Shown here: one piece after another, positions 47,401-54,458 of the stretch
Numbering within the stretch: position 1 is the stretch's first letter
Layout of the letters: the number at the start of each line of letters is the position of its first letter
From: Opitutales bacterium
Lineage (GTDB): Bacteria > Verrucomicrobiota > Verrucomicrobiia > Opitutales > JAVBMG01
Assembly (NCBI GenBank): GCA_031552815.1
Contig: JAVBMG010000005.1
Span: 42,406-106,405, forward strand
DNA length: 64,000 nt
Direction of reading: 5' to 3'
Translations under genes and position numbers: made by a program
Notes under the pieces: model-generated
What the model saw: only the letters and a program-made list of their open reading frames with translations
What the model was told of the DNA's origin: nothing
The model's database searches: none

Positions 47401-50320
47401 GTTGAGATCGACAGACTTGCTTACTAAGGCACGTATTCGTCTCGGCGGTGCTAATGGTAAACTGGAATGGAATATAAATAACAGTTCAATCCAGGGAGGT
47501 ATAATTGATCTGGATAACTACAGCAGTTATACGCACCAGGAAGGTGCTTGGTTTAGCCAAGTAGATTTGGGTACAGGTGGTAAACTTTACGTTAACGATC
47601 TGACTTATTGGGGCAAGCAGACGGTCAACTTTGGCGACGGAACCGGTCGGGTGATTGTTGCGAACAGCGGTGCAAACGAGATATCGGGAACACTGATTAA
47701 TGACACGAGTGGGACGATTACTTTGGATGATGTCTTTATCTTTGCAGATGGACTTTCTCATAGTTTCAACCTGCTTGATTTCACAAAGGCCGGATCCGGT
47801 GCTATCCTGTTGGGGGATAATGTGAATATTGCTGCAACAGGTGATATTGATATCCAGGGAGGTGCCTTGATCATTGCCCAAAGCGGTTCCGGAACACTCG
47901 TATTGGATCGGACTATTACTGCTTCAAAGGATCCGTATACGGAGGAATCAACTGGTATGCTGGTTCAGCAGGGCGACAAAGCGTTGCAACTGATGGGTGA
48001 GGAATCGAATGAACATCTTACACTGCTGGCATCTAAAGGCACGGTTATCTTTGATAAATTCGAGGGTAAGGACGCTGCCGAAAAGGTATATATTGATGCA
48101 AATGGAAAGGTAGTTCTTAACGGAAATCAGCAGATTAACGACCAAGGCTTCATTTCCATGAATGGCGGTGTTTTTGACATGAATGGAAAGTCGGAAGTCG
48201 TTGCTCAATTGTGGTCAACGAACAGCGCAAGTATCGTGACTAACGGCAGTACGGAGACAAGCACATTGACGTTGGGTAACACCGTTGCAGAAGACAGAAA
48301 TAAGGATACGATTGATTACTTTGCAGGTTCTATCACAAGAGGTGCCGGTGATATCAGTATTGTCAAGGAAGGTGCAGGTACCTTGATTTTGGCCGGCGAC
48401 AATACTTACAGCGGCGGGACTATGATCAAAAATGGTACCGTCTACATTACCGAGTCGACAGGTTTGGGTGATGCCAGCGTCGCAACGAACGTACTGTCAT
48501 TCCGTGCTACAGGAGATGATACCGCAACGCTTGCTGTGTACGGGACGGAAGATATTATCTTAAAGAACAATATTGATATTCAGGGAACCGGTTACTTTGA
48601 CATCGGAAGTACGGTTACGTTGGAAGGTCAGTTCATTTATAATGGATCAAAAGATGTTTCAACGCTTGTCAAGATTGGCGCAGGAACACTGATATTTTCC
48701 GATATCAGCAATGAAACATTCAATGGTGTCATTGATGTGAAGGAAGGTATTCTGATTGCAAACCGTCACGTTGGTATCGTTGATATCAATATTTATGACG
48801 GCGCTACGTTGAAAGGCAGCGGATCGACAGCAAGTATCATGACCGTTGAAAAGGGCGGTATCCTGAGCCCGGGCAACTCGGTCGGTAAATATACGGTTGG
48901 GGAACTGTATTTCAATGAAGGTTCCATATTTGATGTGGAAGCTGATGCATTGAATATTGACCAGGTTTACTCACTGGGTGATGTGGTTATTGCCGATGGT
49001 TCCATTCTTAAGTTTGTCACAATGGCGGATCTGTTCCAACGTAGTACTGTTTATGATATGTTGATCGCTAACGGTAGCGTGGAACCTGCAGATCCTGATA
49101 AATCCATGTTCACCGATCCTGCAAACGGATTTGATTTGCAGTACGATTTGGCATTCTTCAATGCAGGATTGATTTACAATGATACAACCGTTCAGTTGAA
49201 ATTGGATCGTGTCAACTATGCAGATTTTGCTGATCGCAAGAGCGAACGCGCAGTCGGTGGCGCCTTGGATGCAATCCATGACTGGTTGCTTGATGCGTCG
49301 AACCCGAGCCCGGATGCGGATATGAAGACGATTATCTCAAACTTGGCTCCGTTGACAAAGTATCAGGGACATAAAGCCTTGCAGGCTCTCAGTGGTTCGA
49401 TACACGTACAAGGGCAGCAAAGCCGCTGGTTTGCAAGTGAACGTTTCCGTGAGCAGGTCAGTGATCGCATCAGCAAGTTTGATCCGTATGATTTTGAAAC
49501 AAAGGAATCAATGTGGGCCCATACCTTCGGATACATGGGTGATGTCGATGATGATAGCACGAATATCGGTTATGATTATAAAGGTGCCGGTGTCGTAGGA
49601 GGTTATGATCATCGTACGGATGATGGCGGTGTCATGGGAATTGCGTTCTATTATGAAGATGGACAAGCAAAGACCAGTCATGAACAGTCCAAGATTGATG
49701 ACTTCCGTCTTGCCGGTTATTTGGGCATGGAAATCGATGAGTGGACGCTTGTTGGTAGCGTGACGGGAGGTCTTCAACAGTATGATACATCACGTACGAT
49801 CCAGTACGGTTCCATGAATGCACGCAAGGCAACGGCGGATTATGACGGTTACTCATTTACATTGAGTGTCGATGCGGGTTATGCGCTTGACGAGGAATGG
49901 ACATTGATTGGCGGTCTTGATCTTGAATATCTGACACGCGATGGTTTCAAGGAAAAAGGAGCTGGCGCTGCGGATGTTAATGCAGACAGCGATGATCAAT
50001 GGGGCGTAGCAAGCCGTCTCGGATTCCGTTATACCATCAATGGATTCGAAGATGATTCGGAAACACGTGTTTATCTGCAAAGCTTCTGGAAACATCGTTT
50101 CAACAAATACGATGACGAAATGAATGCTACTTTGGCAGGAGGTTCAGGTTATGACTACAGCGTAAAAGGACCTAAGCTGAAGCAGGACTCATTCATCATT
50201 GGACTTGGCTTTGAAAGTATGATTACGGATGATGTAACCTGGTACGGAGACGCAAACGCGGAGTTTTCGGGATCAACAACCGGATTTGGCGGTAACATCG
50301 GTATCCGTTACAACTGGTAA
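35456..50320 (+). CDS. Giant autotransporter adhesin (4,954 aa) with about 25 passenger-associated (PATR) repeats, a PA14-like domain and a C-terminal beta-barrel
   Basis: Signal peptide; recurring K-x-G-x-G-T-L-x-L...N-T-Y-x-G-x-T-x-V/I-x-x-G-T-L; PA14-like segment about 37340-37815; barrel from about 49500 (WAHTFG...GYDH...) ending in GIRYNW. Confidence 0.92.
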   Translation: MKNKNISRAFIKKAFILPAILGSFVSIKAASLIWDANPSNPGVDDGSGIWGANNNWQSYPTLGTQTTWSDAGYDVVFGNGGTAGNVTINSDDTGNGNGVRLVNSIVFDSVGSGSYNIAGGRLLFAQRNAVIAAKTGVNARISSAIRQSGDLYIGSVNFTGTGAEGSINTGFLGRVILTQSLSSLSGSLKIRGGVLRLPTVSYLPSGLIDFKSNLTEYAILETSGKLTRAIGTSAGNINMSGGVAGFSAVGGKLTIELATSNIILNGATGANWLSDAFIFNTDMADSVLEVRNNIDMSTKDRSITVNSTAPGTEVILSGALTSNGLDFTKKGAGTLILSGGGSNKELLLQVAEGTVVLEKQSSDTVYAIGGIKNIALGATVKIGDNASGGNQIANIKTTDEWGSVRMSGGTLDLNGHSEGFGLLGRQTSATASTGIITSSSLGSITLTLGEGDRGSEAHYAGLIEDGVGVLSLVKLGTNKQFLYGTVSQVNTYTGQTEVRSGTLALARSGSTGTITDVISSNSNFVLKGGILDIGANVVQTFKSIQMSSNATISGDGTAVFTSSAPNLQIDGVLNVKNIIKNDANTLTLSSPLSKYTALTINGGEVVSKGMQATTLTINSGKLTINIGSGLWEGQTKGSWNSSTTANPKTAIKTRFDYSLTTDNNVYKGSQTNADQVQWIYSGYLYLSEAKTFKFIKSFDDYVFLKIGDTTIVNNSAYKETPVSSPITFQSGYYAIDVRFGNDSGGVGPVKTDGTGGLLPGGFALGYNTDGSGTFYEFLHDPSNGIYFTTAATTATLNLSPSSEIAVTGLGIYQVTTAVKDAIVGTPGDLIKTGNGLLILAGNGLSHTGLTEVREGTVKVSGDINNVQTSFQVDAGASLEFESTTARTLAKAITGQGTVVKSGSANFTLSNLTAFTGDVLVKQGLLEITSSTQGNITVWSGAQLKGTNMTLNNGILTAGRLSTVTPGDDIIGNVSMVGSSLVVGSNKGTIDTLTFKDTLALTGTAIQIDFANGGTDTIHVNNLDISGGSNIFRLKIDPNINPATLQGSYTLMSVSGTLTGSPLGGITMNTPRGTSFSYDTNSKSYIFSITGQLGYVKWTGIYGNTWDVQNTENWQNVLSGGADKFYNADFVLLDDSAVRKQLILAENVTVSSMTVNADLDYIISGSHSISGDTLVKYKNGTLFIKNDGAVHFDEIEINGGTVSIDVSTGITSSLDSVTSRATVITGSGTFEKTGEGTLILWGNNTYGNTVIKGGTLQIGNGGAAGTVGRGSVSIAQNAALAFDLSSADGVAHGDISGAGSVIQRGSGAITLDNANTYTGGTRIESGKVYLTQFSGTLNGLVSSSVGSGVVSFVNNAGAISFEKAIGSDWADGIVNSSKSPDFTSGTGTAIAYAQGNLSNDISLATTSSGVGSVLIESGNAQTTSASMFDFNPDTGDYESIAYTVSVWTQANLTGKISGGNSDLILEIGSSVSQGRGVIGLLNQDNDFSVSKIRISGGSLLITADGVLGATTNQLELAVNSTQYGGLIFGADNIVLDAARGINVSANTRIDTSNQDRGAYTGTILGVITGAGGIIKEGSGTLILAANSSAYTGSITVNNGNLQIGNSDSAVASNLGTGPIKLVGEGTNLIINSGDTTIANNIEGVGSLIQSGPGATTLSGNNTYKGGTTITGGTLVVGSGTAIPTTTALNVVSGTFDVNGHSVTIGKLSGNVGSIIINNGGAAGTLTVANRSDSIFGGSINDGNSQLSLTKSESGTMVLSGVNNYTGQTTIVDGSLSLAVDNAISGTSKVSITGSGASLSIGDTTQVINNVEIAATTGGSIQMLNGGKLTVLGTLDFGSNNGRIIDVGIGYRSDSKAILEAVLSGSGTITKQGAGTLVIQNAGSSLTGSFAINAGVVEVEHLNALGTAAISIGSGTFRYTGASANITTLKTIDTFTSDDATIDVYNAGTILTITTSISGKSLNKAGAGTLVINGAATYTGATVVSEGTLQIGTSGSLPSGTALVVQGTGVFDLNGIPSLTVGALSGNSILGVVTNSSSSMSTLIVGSAGGDDSYYGQITGNVAIEKDGAGMLILSGKNTNTGPITLKDGILRASEGMGLSANGALVILNGTLESRGRLVRDLGNGAGQIQLGDATFFASNPNATIGFAAVGGRLIVNVGNDVGNDRRLLRWDPSNPANTDVFAKEIVLGSVNADNIVEVRNDIEIFGNDLTLNVVDNQNSSSDYAIVSGSIKGTGNVIKEGLGKLVFTGSHIGGTSTYTGDTLIKGGTLGLAVSQALSDLSDIYIYGDVVVTDADGNKKTYATVLDVGGTHQKFATLNLSDGTNQGGYLQFSDGGVVEAGTINVMKPGTADGRRYVSVIDGKAYLNGTIVGDSKFVKKGMGTLVLGNSVNTGFTGGMAIDAGVLEVAQLLSLGVGNMEIGNATFRYTGISDNLGLLGAYALQSENATIDVVNANTNLTVTSVIGGASFTGMSLVKAGAGTLTLAGAYTGSESIAAGTSFAGDILVKQGIVRLGADNALPETAAINVEKTGTFDLAGHDVAVDDLIGVGSITNSSSTEGVLTIDRESGSTTGGEFFGSISGIITLVKEGTGVMTLSGNNTYSGKTIVKEGVFRTEGRGLSRSTQIVLQGGALEFVKPTTKFTRKIGDGSGAIKWMDESNPSNPVDVWFSASGGKDYTLQISLDNGAALHWDDSRGFLIGNSKLIFGSEVQDSYIDFQNALNLGSVDRTIVAYGNSDPNVVSDVSTMSGLISGSGGIIKTGDGTLRLSHTSNTYTGPTTIKEGVLEIVRINDGYGYSSLGRVSDYAQNIVIDGGTLRYVGTGEASDKKFSFGVGTGGGRLESSGVTTADSTTGLVTASGSLRLDSEMEIAFIGSGARTLTLGGSNKGLNELGNILGNDGGSSPTSLVKDGEGKWYLSSEQNSFSGSITVTGGWLKFKNSNAMGSSSSWNIDGWAVSHTEEKGGYIDLESVAVQKVAFLPINTTVSSGSLVNTVQNGQIVIEKSTNEVFHLGTGNQVYQQGGYTYFLENASVANKRWAVYSTSDITLVDSSSSSAFWSNTLGGQIGISRAGAISTIQNGTVQSGDKLFLMDGGRLITADFNRYNYINTSGSEVLPSDNQLVAFENGSKAYYSLGDKTFYNAQNVSLVTSSGVKQSYDTSKIGTGDDALSVLTYDGETKASLYFSNGKLAYDAKRAYYNNGTDIVEVQFNGSGDLYYTVHNDVTGLDEQVIVSSSDAAGKVFLEDGTALVAENSSFMYTDTSGNSVILDTVAGKKAFVTESDRVLSSNDTVLTWSSALNTINSSSSGLFSIGENYDSSNAIKVSNGTLTVQDNMFVINLNSPIGIMSTKTVVENGVSVRKDAYENVKTISLSAAQMGLLAEGKDVILSNKIALKVIDDQIVAREIATLDTVSKMVVDTDTTELYTTVNANINIGDSSGIGAINVDSTTTGSRLIVSGDHRGGTLVKYGSGELDLRLTSQVDDNALTFNAQGGTLILRNYADSPISQHQSYAGISDIADGATIRLTSVNTGAVYNGVFKDGASVNMSGGSIYIDSGIVVPEDNVYVMNSVTFTQREKIKTLTGYGNIIGVFNPDQVHAWEHSAIEVEDGYFAGSISDQTSKMYLIKTGPGTLVLYGNKVNKPSSADDYTIGLENDQTFVYRKTEDFSNQNTYSGGTFLHGGTISTYGNNVMSARTDLMIVPDASGNNGGMFKLNGFTQTLNRVEMNNRGTVGFTGGIDLGTGGYLNVEEMMVLQGGTLILGSNSGNVELDGGKRIFKLARINAESTNYLDVVVLTSNSLDEVGGILQVDSIQQINSVIDFGNGTGYVEILKDRSEVLGSMASAKTVRVGEGKDVYFQSFKYTDVGGRGQLSIQNMIKDGSGTFILKKNLAFKPILQQDSKIKVLEGTIKLANISDYSGDNLSYPKSEIEAMFTKETRTVLDLDSLAVIKVNVKGNTYKAVNDSVLDLNNTYQYVDSLIIEKYAFDQSTGLRSTDLLTKARIRLGGANGKLEWNINNSSIQGGIIDLDNYSSYTHQEGAWFSQVDLGTGGKLYVNDLTYWGKQTVNFGDGTGRVIVANSGANEISGTLINDTSGTITLDDVFIFADGLSHSFNLLDFTKAGSGAILLGDNVNIAATGDIDIQGGALIIAQSGSGTLVLDRTITASKDPYTEESTGMLVQQGDKALQLMGEESNEHLTLLASKGTVIFDKFEGKDAAEKVYIDANGKVVLNGNQQINDQGFISMNGGVFDMNGKSEVVAQLWSTNSASIVTNGSTETSTLTLGNTVAEDRNKDTIDYFAGSITRGAGDISIVKEGAGTLILAGDNTYSGGTMIKNGTVYITESTGLGDASVATNVLSFRATGDDTATLAVYGTEDIILKNNIDIQGTGYFDIGSTVTLEGQFIYNGSKDVSTLVKIGAGTLIFSDISNETFNGVIDVKEGILIANRHVGIVDINIYDGATLKGSGSTASIMTVEKGGILSPGNSVGKYTVGELYFNEGSIFDVEADALNIDQVYSLGDVVIADGSILKFVTMADLFQRSTVYDMLIANGSVEPADPDKSMFTDPANGFDLQYDLAFFNAGLIYNDTTVQLKLDRVNYADFADRKSERAVGGALDAIHDWLLDASNPSPDADMKTIISNLAPLTKYQGHKALQALSGSIHVQGQQSRWFASERFREQVSDRISKFDPYDFETKESMWAHTFGYMGDVDDDSTNIGYDYKGAGVVGGYDHRTDDGGVMGIAFYYEDGQAKTSHEQSKIDDFRLAGYLGMEIDEWTLVGSVTGGLQQYDTSRTIQYGSMNARKATADYDGYSFTLSVDAGYALDEEWTLIGGLDLEYLTRDGFKEKGAGAADVNADSDDQWGVASRLGFRYTINGFEDDSETRVYLQSFWKHRFNKYDDEMNATLAGGSGYDYSVKGPKLKQDSFIIGLGFESMITDDVTWYGDANAEFSGSTTGFGGNIGIRYNW

Positions 50321-50342
50321 TCGAAAATATAATATTCTTTTC

Positions 50343-50370
50343 AAAGGCCCGCTTAACAGCGGGCTTTTTT
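50343..50370 (+). terminator. Intrinsic terminator of the autotransporter gene
   Basis: AAAGGCCCGCT-TAAC-AGCGGGCTTTTTT. Confidence 0.8.
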
Positions 50371-50445
50371 ATGAAAATTTAATTTGAATTCCTTTTTTTC
50401 ATCCGCATCCTTTTACCATTGGAAAATTCAACACTATAACAAGTC

Positions 50446-51312
50446 ATGCAAATTTACATTAACGGTAAATTCTTCTCCAAGGAGAATGCAACAATATCAG
50501 TTTTCGATCATGGGTTGCTTTATGGCGACGGTATTTTCGAAGGTATCCGTATTTATGATGGTTGCGTGTTCCGATTGGATGAGCATCTTGAAAGATTAGA
50601 GTATTCCGCAAAGGCTATTATGTTGGCATTGCCATGGTCTCGTCAGGAGATCAATGACGCTGTTTGTGAAACTTGCCGCCGGAATAATCTGAAAAACGGA
50701 TATATTCGTCTGGTGGTTACCCGTGGCGTAGGTTCATTGGGGCTTTCCCCAAAGACCTGTTCAAATCCGCAACTGATTATTATCGCTGACCAAATCAAAC
50801 TGTATTCGCAGGAACTTTATGACAAGGGTTTGAAGGTGATTACTGTTCCTACCCGTAGGAGCAATCCCGCTGCCTTACCGCCGATGGTCAAATCATTGAA
50901 TTATTTAAACAATATTCTGGCAAAGATCGAAGCGCAGATGCACGGATATGAGGAAGCATTCATGTTAAATGACCAAGGCTATATTGCCGAATGTACAGGC
51001 GACAATGTTTTCATGATCCACAAGGGGAAGCTGGTGACCCCTCCGTCTTCGGCGGGCGCCCTTATCGGTATAACACGACAGGCCGTTCTTGACGTTGCTC
51101 ATGAGTTGGGAATAGCGGTTGAGGAAAGGAATCTCACGCGATACGACGCATGGAATGCGGACGAATGTTTTCTTACAGGAACGGCGGCGGAGTGTATTCC
51201 GGTCGTCGAGATTGATGGACGCAAGATCGGAATAGGTGTTGCGGGAGAATTTACCAAGAAAATACTGGATGCTTTTCGCCATCGGGTTAGCAAGGAAGGC
51301 ACAATGATTTAA
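50446..51312 (+). CDS. ilvE: Branched-chain amino acid aminotransferase
   Basis: SVFDHGLLYGDGIFEG, VKSLNYLNNI, ECTGDNVF, LIGITR, TGTAAE. Confidence 0.93.
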   Translation: MQIYINGKFFSKENATISVFDHGLLYGDGIFEGIRIYDGCVFRLDEHLERLEYSAKAIMLALPWSRQEINDAVCETCRRNNLKNGYIRLVVTRGVGSLGLSPKTCSNPQLIIIADQIKLYSQELYDKGLKVITVPTRRSNPAALPPMVKSLNYLNNILAKIEAQMHGYEEAFMLNDQGYIAECTGDNVFMIHKGKLVTPPSSAGALIGITRQAVLDVAHELGIAVEERNLTRYDAWNADECFLTGTAAECIPVVEIDGRKIGIGVAGEFTKKILDAFRHRVSKEGTMI

Positions 51313-51317
51313 CAGAT

Positions 51318-51345
51318 ACGGTAGCATTATGCTACCGTCTCTTTT
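51318..51345 (+). terminator. Motif-pair hairpin filling the ilvE-mcsB gap
   Basis: ACGGTAGCAT-T-ATGCTACCGT then CTCTTTT, immediately before the mcsB ATG. Confidence 0.65.
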
Positions 51346-52416
51346 ATGGACGTCTCAGAACTCATTGCACAAAAACCTTATAGCATGGGAATCGAGGGCA
51401 ATTCGATTCCTGTGGTTCTCAGTACACGGATTCGATTGGCGCGGAATCTGTCTGCCTTTTTCTTTCCGGGGTGGGCAAAGGAAGACCAGCGTAATCAGAT
51501 TTTTTCCTTGTGTACGGAAGCGCTCAGGGGAATAAACGCACTGAAGAAAGGCGTGAGTTTCAGGATAGAAGATATCAGCGAACTGGACAGACATATTCTT
51601 GTTGAACGCCATTTGATCAGCCGTGAATTGGCCCAGTGTCAAAGCGGATGCGGTGCTGTAATCAGTTCCGATGCCAATTGTTCCGTGATGATTAATGAAG
51701 AGGATCATCTTCGTATTCAGATGTTGAGGAGCGGATTTGAGTTATCCAGCGCCTGGCGTTCCATGAATGCCTTGGATTCGAAAATAGAGGAAAAGCTGGA
51801 TTATGCATTTTCCTCAAAACTGGGATATCTGACCGCATGTCCTACGAATCTTGGAACAGGATTGCGTGCGTCAGTGATGTTGCATTTACCGGGATTGGTT
51901 TTTGACGGGCTTATGGAAAAAATTATTCGTTCCGTGAATCATCTGGGAATGACAGTCCGCGGACTCTTTGGCGAAGGTTCTGATGCTACCGGGAATATTT
52001 TCCAGATATCGAATCAACAGACGCTTGGAGAAAGCGAAAAGGACATTATTAAACGCCTGCATAATGTCCTGTCCGTCGTAATCGAAAAGGAAACCGAGGC
52101 GAGGCAGCGTTTATGCGAAAATGCGCCCAAATCACTTTATGATAAGATCGGTCGGGCTTACGGTATATTAACCCATAGTCACGAATTGTCTTCAACTGAG
52201 GCCATGAATCATCTGGCATTGATTCGTCTGGCTGTGGATTATGGATTTATACCCGGAGAAAAACGTGCGGATATTGATCGGCTCCTGATCCAGTGTCAAC
52301 CCGGCCACATTGCCCAATTAATGGATAAAAACACCTCTCCCGAAGAACGGGATGGTTACAGGGCGGATTTCATGCGGAAGGAATGTTCATTGATTCCCGA
52401 ACCGCAATTCGTTTAA
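51346..52416 (+). CDS. mcsB: Protein arginine kinase
   Basis: STRIRLARN, LVERHLIS, INEEDHLRIQ, GYLTACPTNLGTGLRASVMLHLP, FQISNQ. Confidence 0.93.
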   Translation: MDVSELIAQKPYSMGIEGNSIPVVLSTRIRLARNLSAFFFPGWAKEDQRNQIFSLCTEALRGINALKKGVSFRIEDISELDRHILVERHLISRELAQCQSGCGAVISSDANCSVMINEEDHLRIQMLRSGFELSSAWRSMNALDSKIEEKLDYAFSSKLGYLTACPTNLGTGLRASVMLHLPGLVFDGLMEKIIRSVNHLGMTVRGLFGEGSDATGNIFQISNQQTLGESEKDIIKRLHNVLSVVIEKETEARQRLCENAPKSLYDKIGRAYGILTHSHELSSTEAMNHLALIRLAVDYGFIPGEKRADIDRLLIQCQPGHIAQLMDKNTSPEERDGYRADFMRKECSLIPEPQFV

Positions 52417-52425
52417 GATGCTTTC

Positions 52426-52725
52426 ATGAAGATTGCTTATACGACTGTGGAGAATAAGTCGCAGGCGCTTTTCTTGGCTGAAACGATTATTGATAAACGA
52501 TTGGCGGCATGTGTTCAGATCGATGGACCCATCCTTTCATGCTATCGCTGGGAAAATAAAAGGGAGGTTCAGGAGGAGTATAGGCTTGTGATCAAATGCC
52601 TTGCTTCCCAGGAAAAAGAGCTGAGTGATTTTATTCAGAAAAATCATCCGTATTCCTGCCCGGAATGGGTGGTTGTTTCGGCCGAATCCGTTTCTCCAAG
52701 CTACCGTGGTTGGGCAAGCTTGTAA
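52426..52725 (+). CDS. cutA: Divalent-cation tolerance protein CutA
   Basis: LAACVQI, YRWE, E-Y-R-L-V-I-K, HPYSCPEW. Confidence 0.92.
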   Translation: MKIAYTTVENKSQALFLAETIIDKRLAACVQIDGPILSCYRWENKREVQEEYRLVIKCLASQEKELSDFIQKNHPYSCPEWVVVSAESVSPSYRGWASL

Positions 52726-52773
52726 CCGTAAAAACTTGCTAAGCGAACCCGCGCCCGTATCTTTTGGATAAGC

Positions 52774-53031
52774 ATGATAAGGCAAATACTGAAATTCTTC
52801 ATTATCGGTATCGTCGCACTGGGGACGATAGCTTTTGCCTTTTTCAGCCTTTTGTTCGGAGGAGTTGTATTGTTTTTATCAGGCCTGTTCGGTTCGAGGA
52901 AGAATCAGTCCTACGGAAGGGAATCCAAGGAGGAGACTGTTCCTGAACCGAGTGCTGAAGATGCTGAGGAAAACAAAGGCAAAGTACGCCGGGTACAACA
53001 CTATAATGGCGATGACATCATTGATGTATAA
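52774..53031 (+). CDS. Small membrane protein
   Basis: Long hydrophobic N-terminus and acidic tail ending DDIIDV; lies in operon position. Confidence 0.65.
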   Translation: MIRQILKFFIIGIVALGTIAFAFFSLLFGGVVLFLSGLFGSRKNQSYGRESKEETVPEPSAEDAEENKGKVRRVQHYNGDDIIDV

Positions 53032-53042
53032 CCCGTCACGTT

Positions 53043-54458
53043 ATGCCGCGACACCTTCTTTATTTATGCTTTGCGTTGGTTTGTCTTTTTCAGGGATGTG
53101 CGTCGTATACGGAAAAGTCGGCGGCTCTTGTTAATGCATGGGAACGTGGGGATTTGAACAAGGCGAGCAAGTTGGCGGATGATCTGCATGCCGATAGTCC
53201 GGAGCGTGACAGGTTGCTGACAGCGTTGGAAAGCGGTTCCGTGAAGTTGGCCGCTGGAAATCTGGACGGTAGCATCAGTGTCTTTAATGAAGCTGAAACC
53301 CGGATGGCAGACTACGATGAAAGAGCGAAGATCAGTGTATCGGGGGAAACCATGTCACTCTTTTATAATCAGACGATCTTACCCTACAAGGGGTTCGATT
53401 ATGAGAGGATTATGGTTAATGTGTACAAATCCCTTGATTATATGCAAAAGGGCGACATGGAAGGGGCGAGGGTTGAATTGCGCCGTGCTTATAACCGTCA
53501 GGTGGATGCCGTTGAAAATAACAGAAAGCGCATTTCCGGCGAAATGGATGAGATAAGGCAGACCCAGAAAAAAAGTGCCGAAAACGGCACCAGTTATGAT
53601 GCTACCCGCGCAACACAGGACCCGGAAGTGAAGCGGCAACTGGAATCCATTTACGGGGATTTGAATACGCCAAGCCCATATGGTGATTATGTGAATCCCT
53701 TTGCGGAATATTTGCGCGGCATATTTTTGATGTGGAACAGTACGGGGGCTTCCGATTCTGAAACAGCAAGAAAATCACTGGAAAAAACAATAACGCTGGT
53801 TCCGAATAACTCATATGTATTGGAAGATTTCAAAAGAATGAATTCAGGGCAGACGGGGGAATTTCCGAATTCGGTTTATGTATTGTTTGAAACAGGAATG
53901 GCACCGACCCGTGAGGAAATGCAGATAAATATCCCATTGTTTGTTGTGACAGACAAAGTGCCGTATGTGGGTGTGGCATTACCTGTACTCAAGCCACGCG
54001 GTAACTTTGATCCCCAATTATACGTTAACGCGGGAGGGCAGGTTTATACGGCTGAATTGATTGCCGATATGGATGCTATTATTACCCGTGATTTTAATAA
54101 CCATTTGACGGTGGTTGTTCTCCGTTCAGTGCTGAGTGCGGGAGCTAAAGCTACCGCTCAGTATTTTGCAACCCGTCAGATCAAGGATGATGACTGGCGC
54201 CTGGTCGCAAACATTATCGGGATGATAGCCCAATGGTCGGTGAACAAAGCTGATCTGAGGAGCTGGCGTACTTTGCCTAAACAGTTTCAGATCTGTCGTG
54301 TAGCCATGCCCGAAAATATGCAGATTGGGCTTGCGGTATCACGAACAGGAGAGACAATTAATGTGAATTTACCAAAATCAAAAGCATGTATCGTTTATGT
54401 TAAGAGCATAAGCAACAGAAGTCCGCTTATCGTCCAAACCATTATTTTGAAACCATGA
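53043..54458 (+). CDS. COG3014-like lipoprotein (TPR-like; lpoB-operon associated)
   Basis: Lipobox LFQG|C; Y-x-G-x-x-YERIMVNVYK..Y...GD..GARVELRRA; ADLRSWRTLP; ATGA overlap with the next gene. Confidence 0.78.
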   Translation: MPRHLLYLCFALVCLFQGCASYTEKSAALVNAWERGDLNKASKLADDLHADSPERDRLLTALESGSVKLAAGNLDGSISVFNEAETRMADYDERAKISVSGETMSLFYNQTILPYKGFDYERIMVNVYKSLDYMQKGDMEGARVELRRAYNRQVDAVENNRKRISGEMDEIRQTQKKSAENGTSYDATRATQDPEVKRQLESIYGDLNTPSPYGDYVNPFAEYLRGIFLMWNSTGASDSETARKSLEKTITLVPNNSYVLEDFKRMNSGQTGEFPNSVYVLFETGMAPTREEMQINIPLFVVTDKVPYVGVALPVLKPRGNFDPQLYVNAGGQVYTAELIADMDAIITRDFNNHLTVVVLRSVLSAGAKATAQYFATRQIKDDDWRLVANIIGMIAQWSVNKADLRSWRTLPKQFQICRVAMPENMQIGLAVSRTGETINVNLPKSKACIVYVKSISNRSPLIVQTIILKP

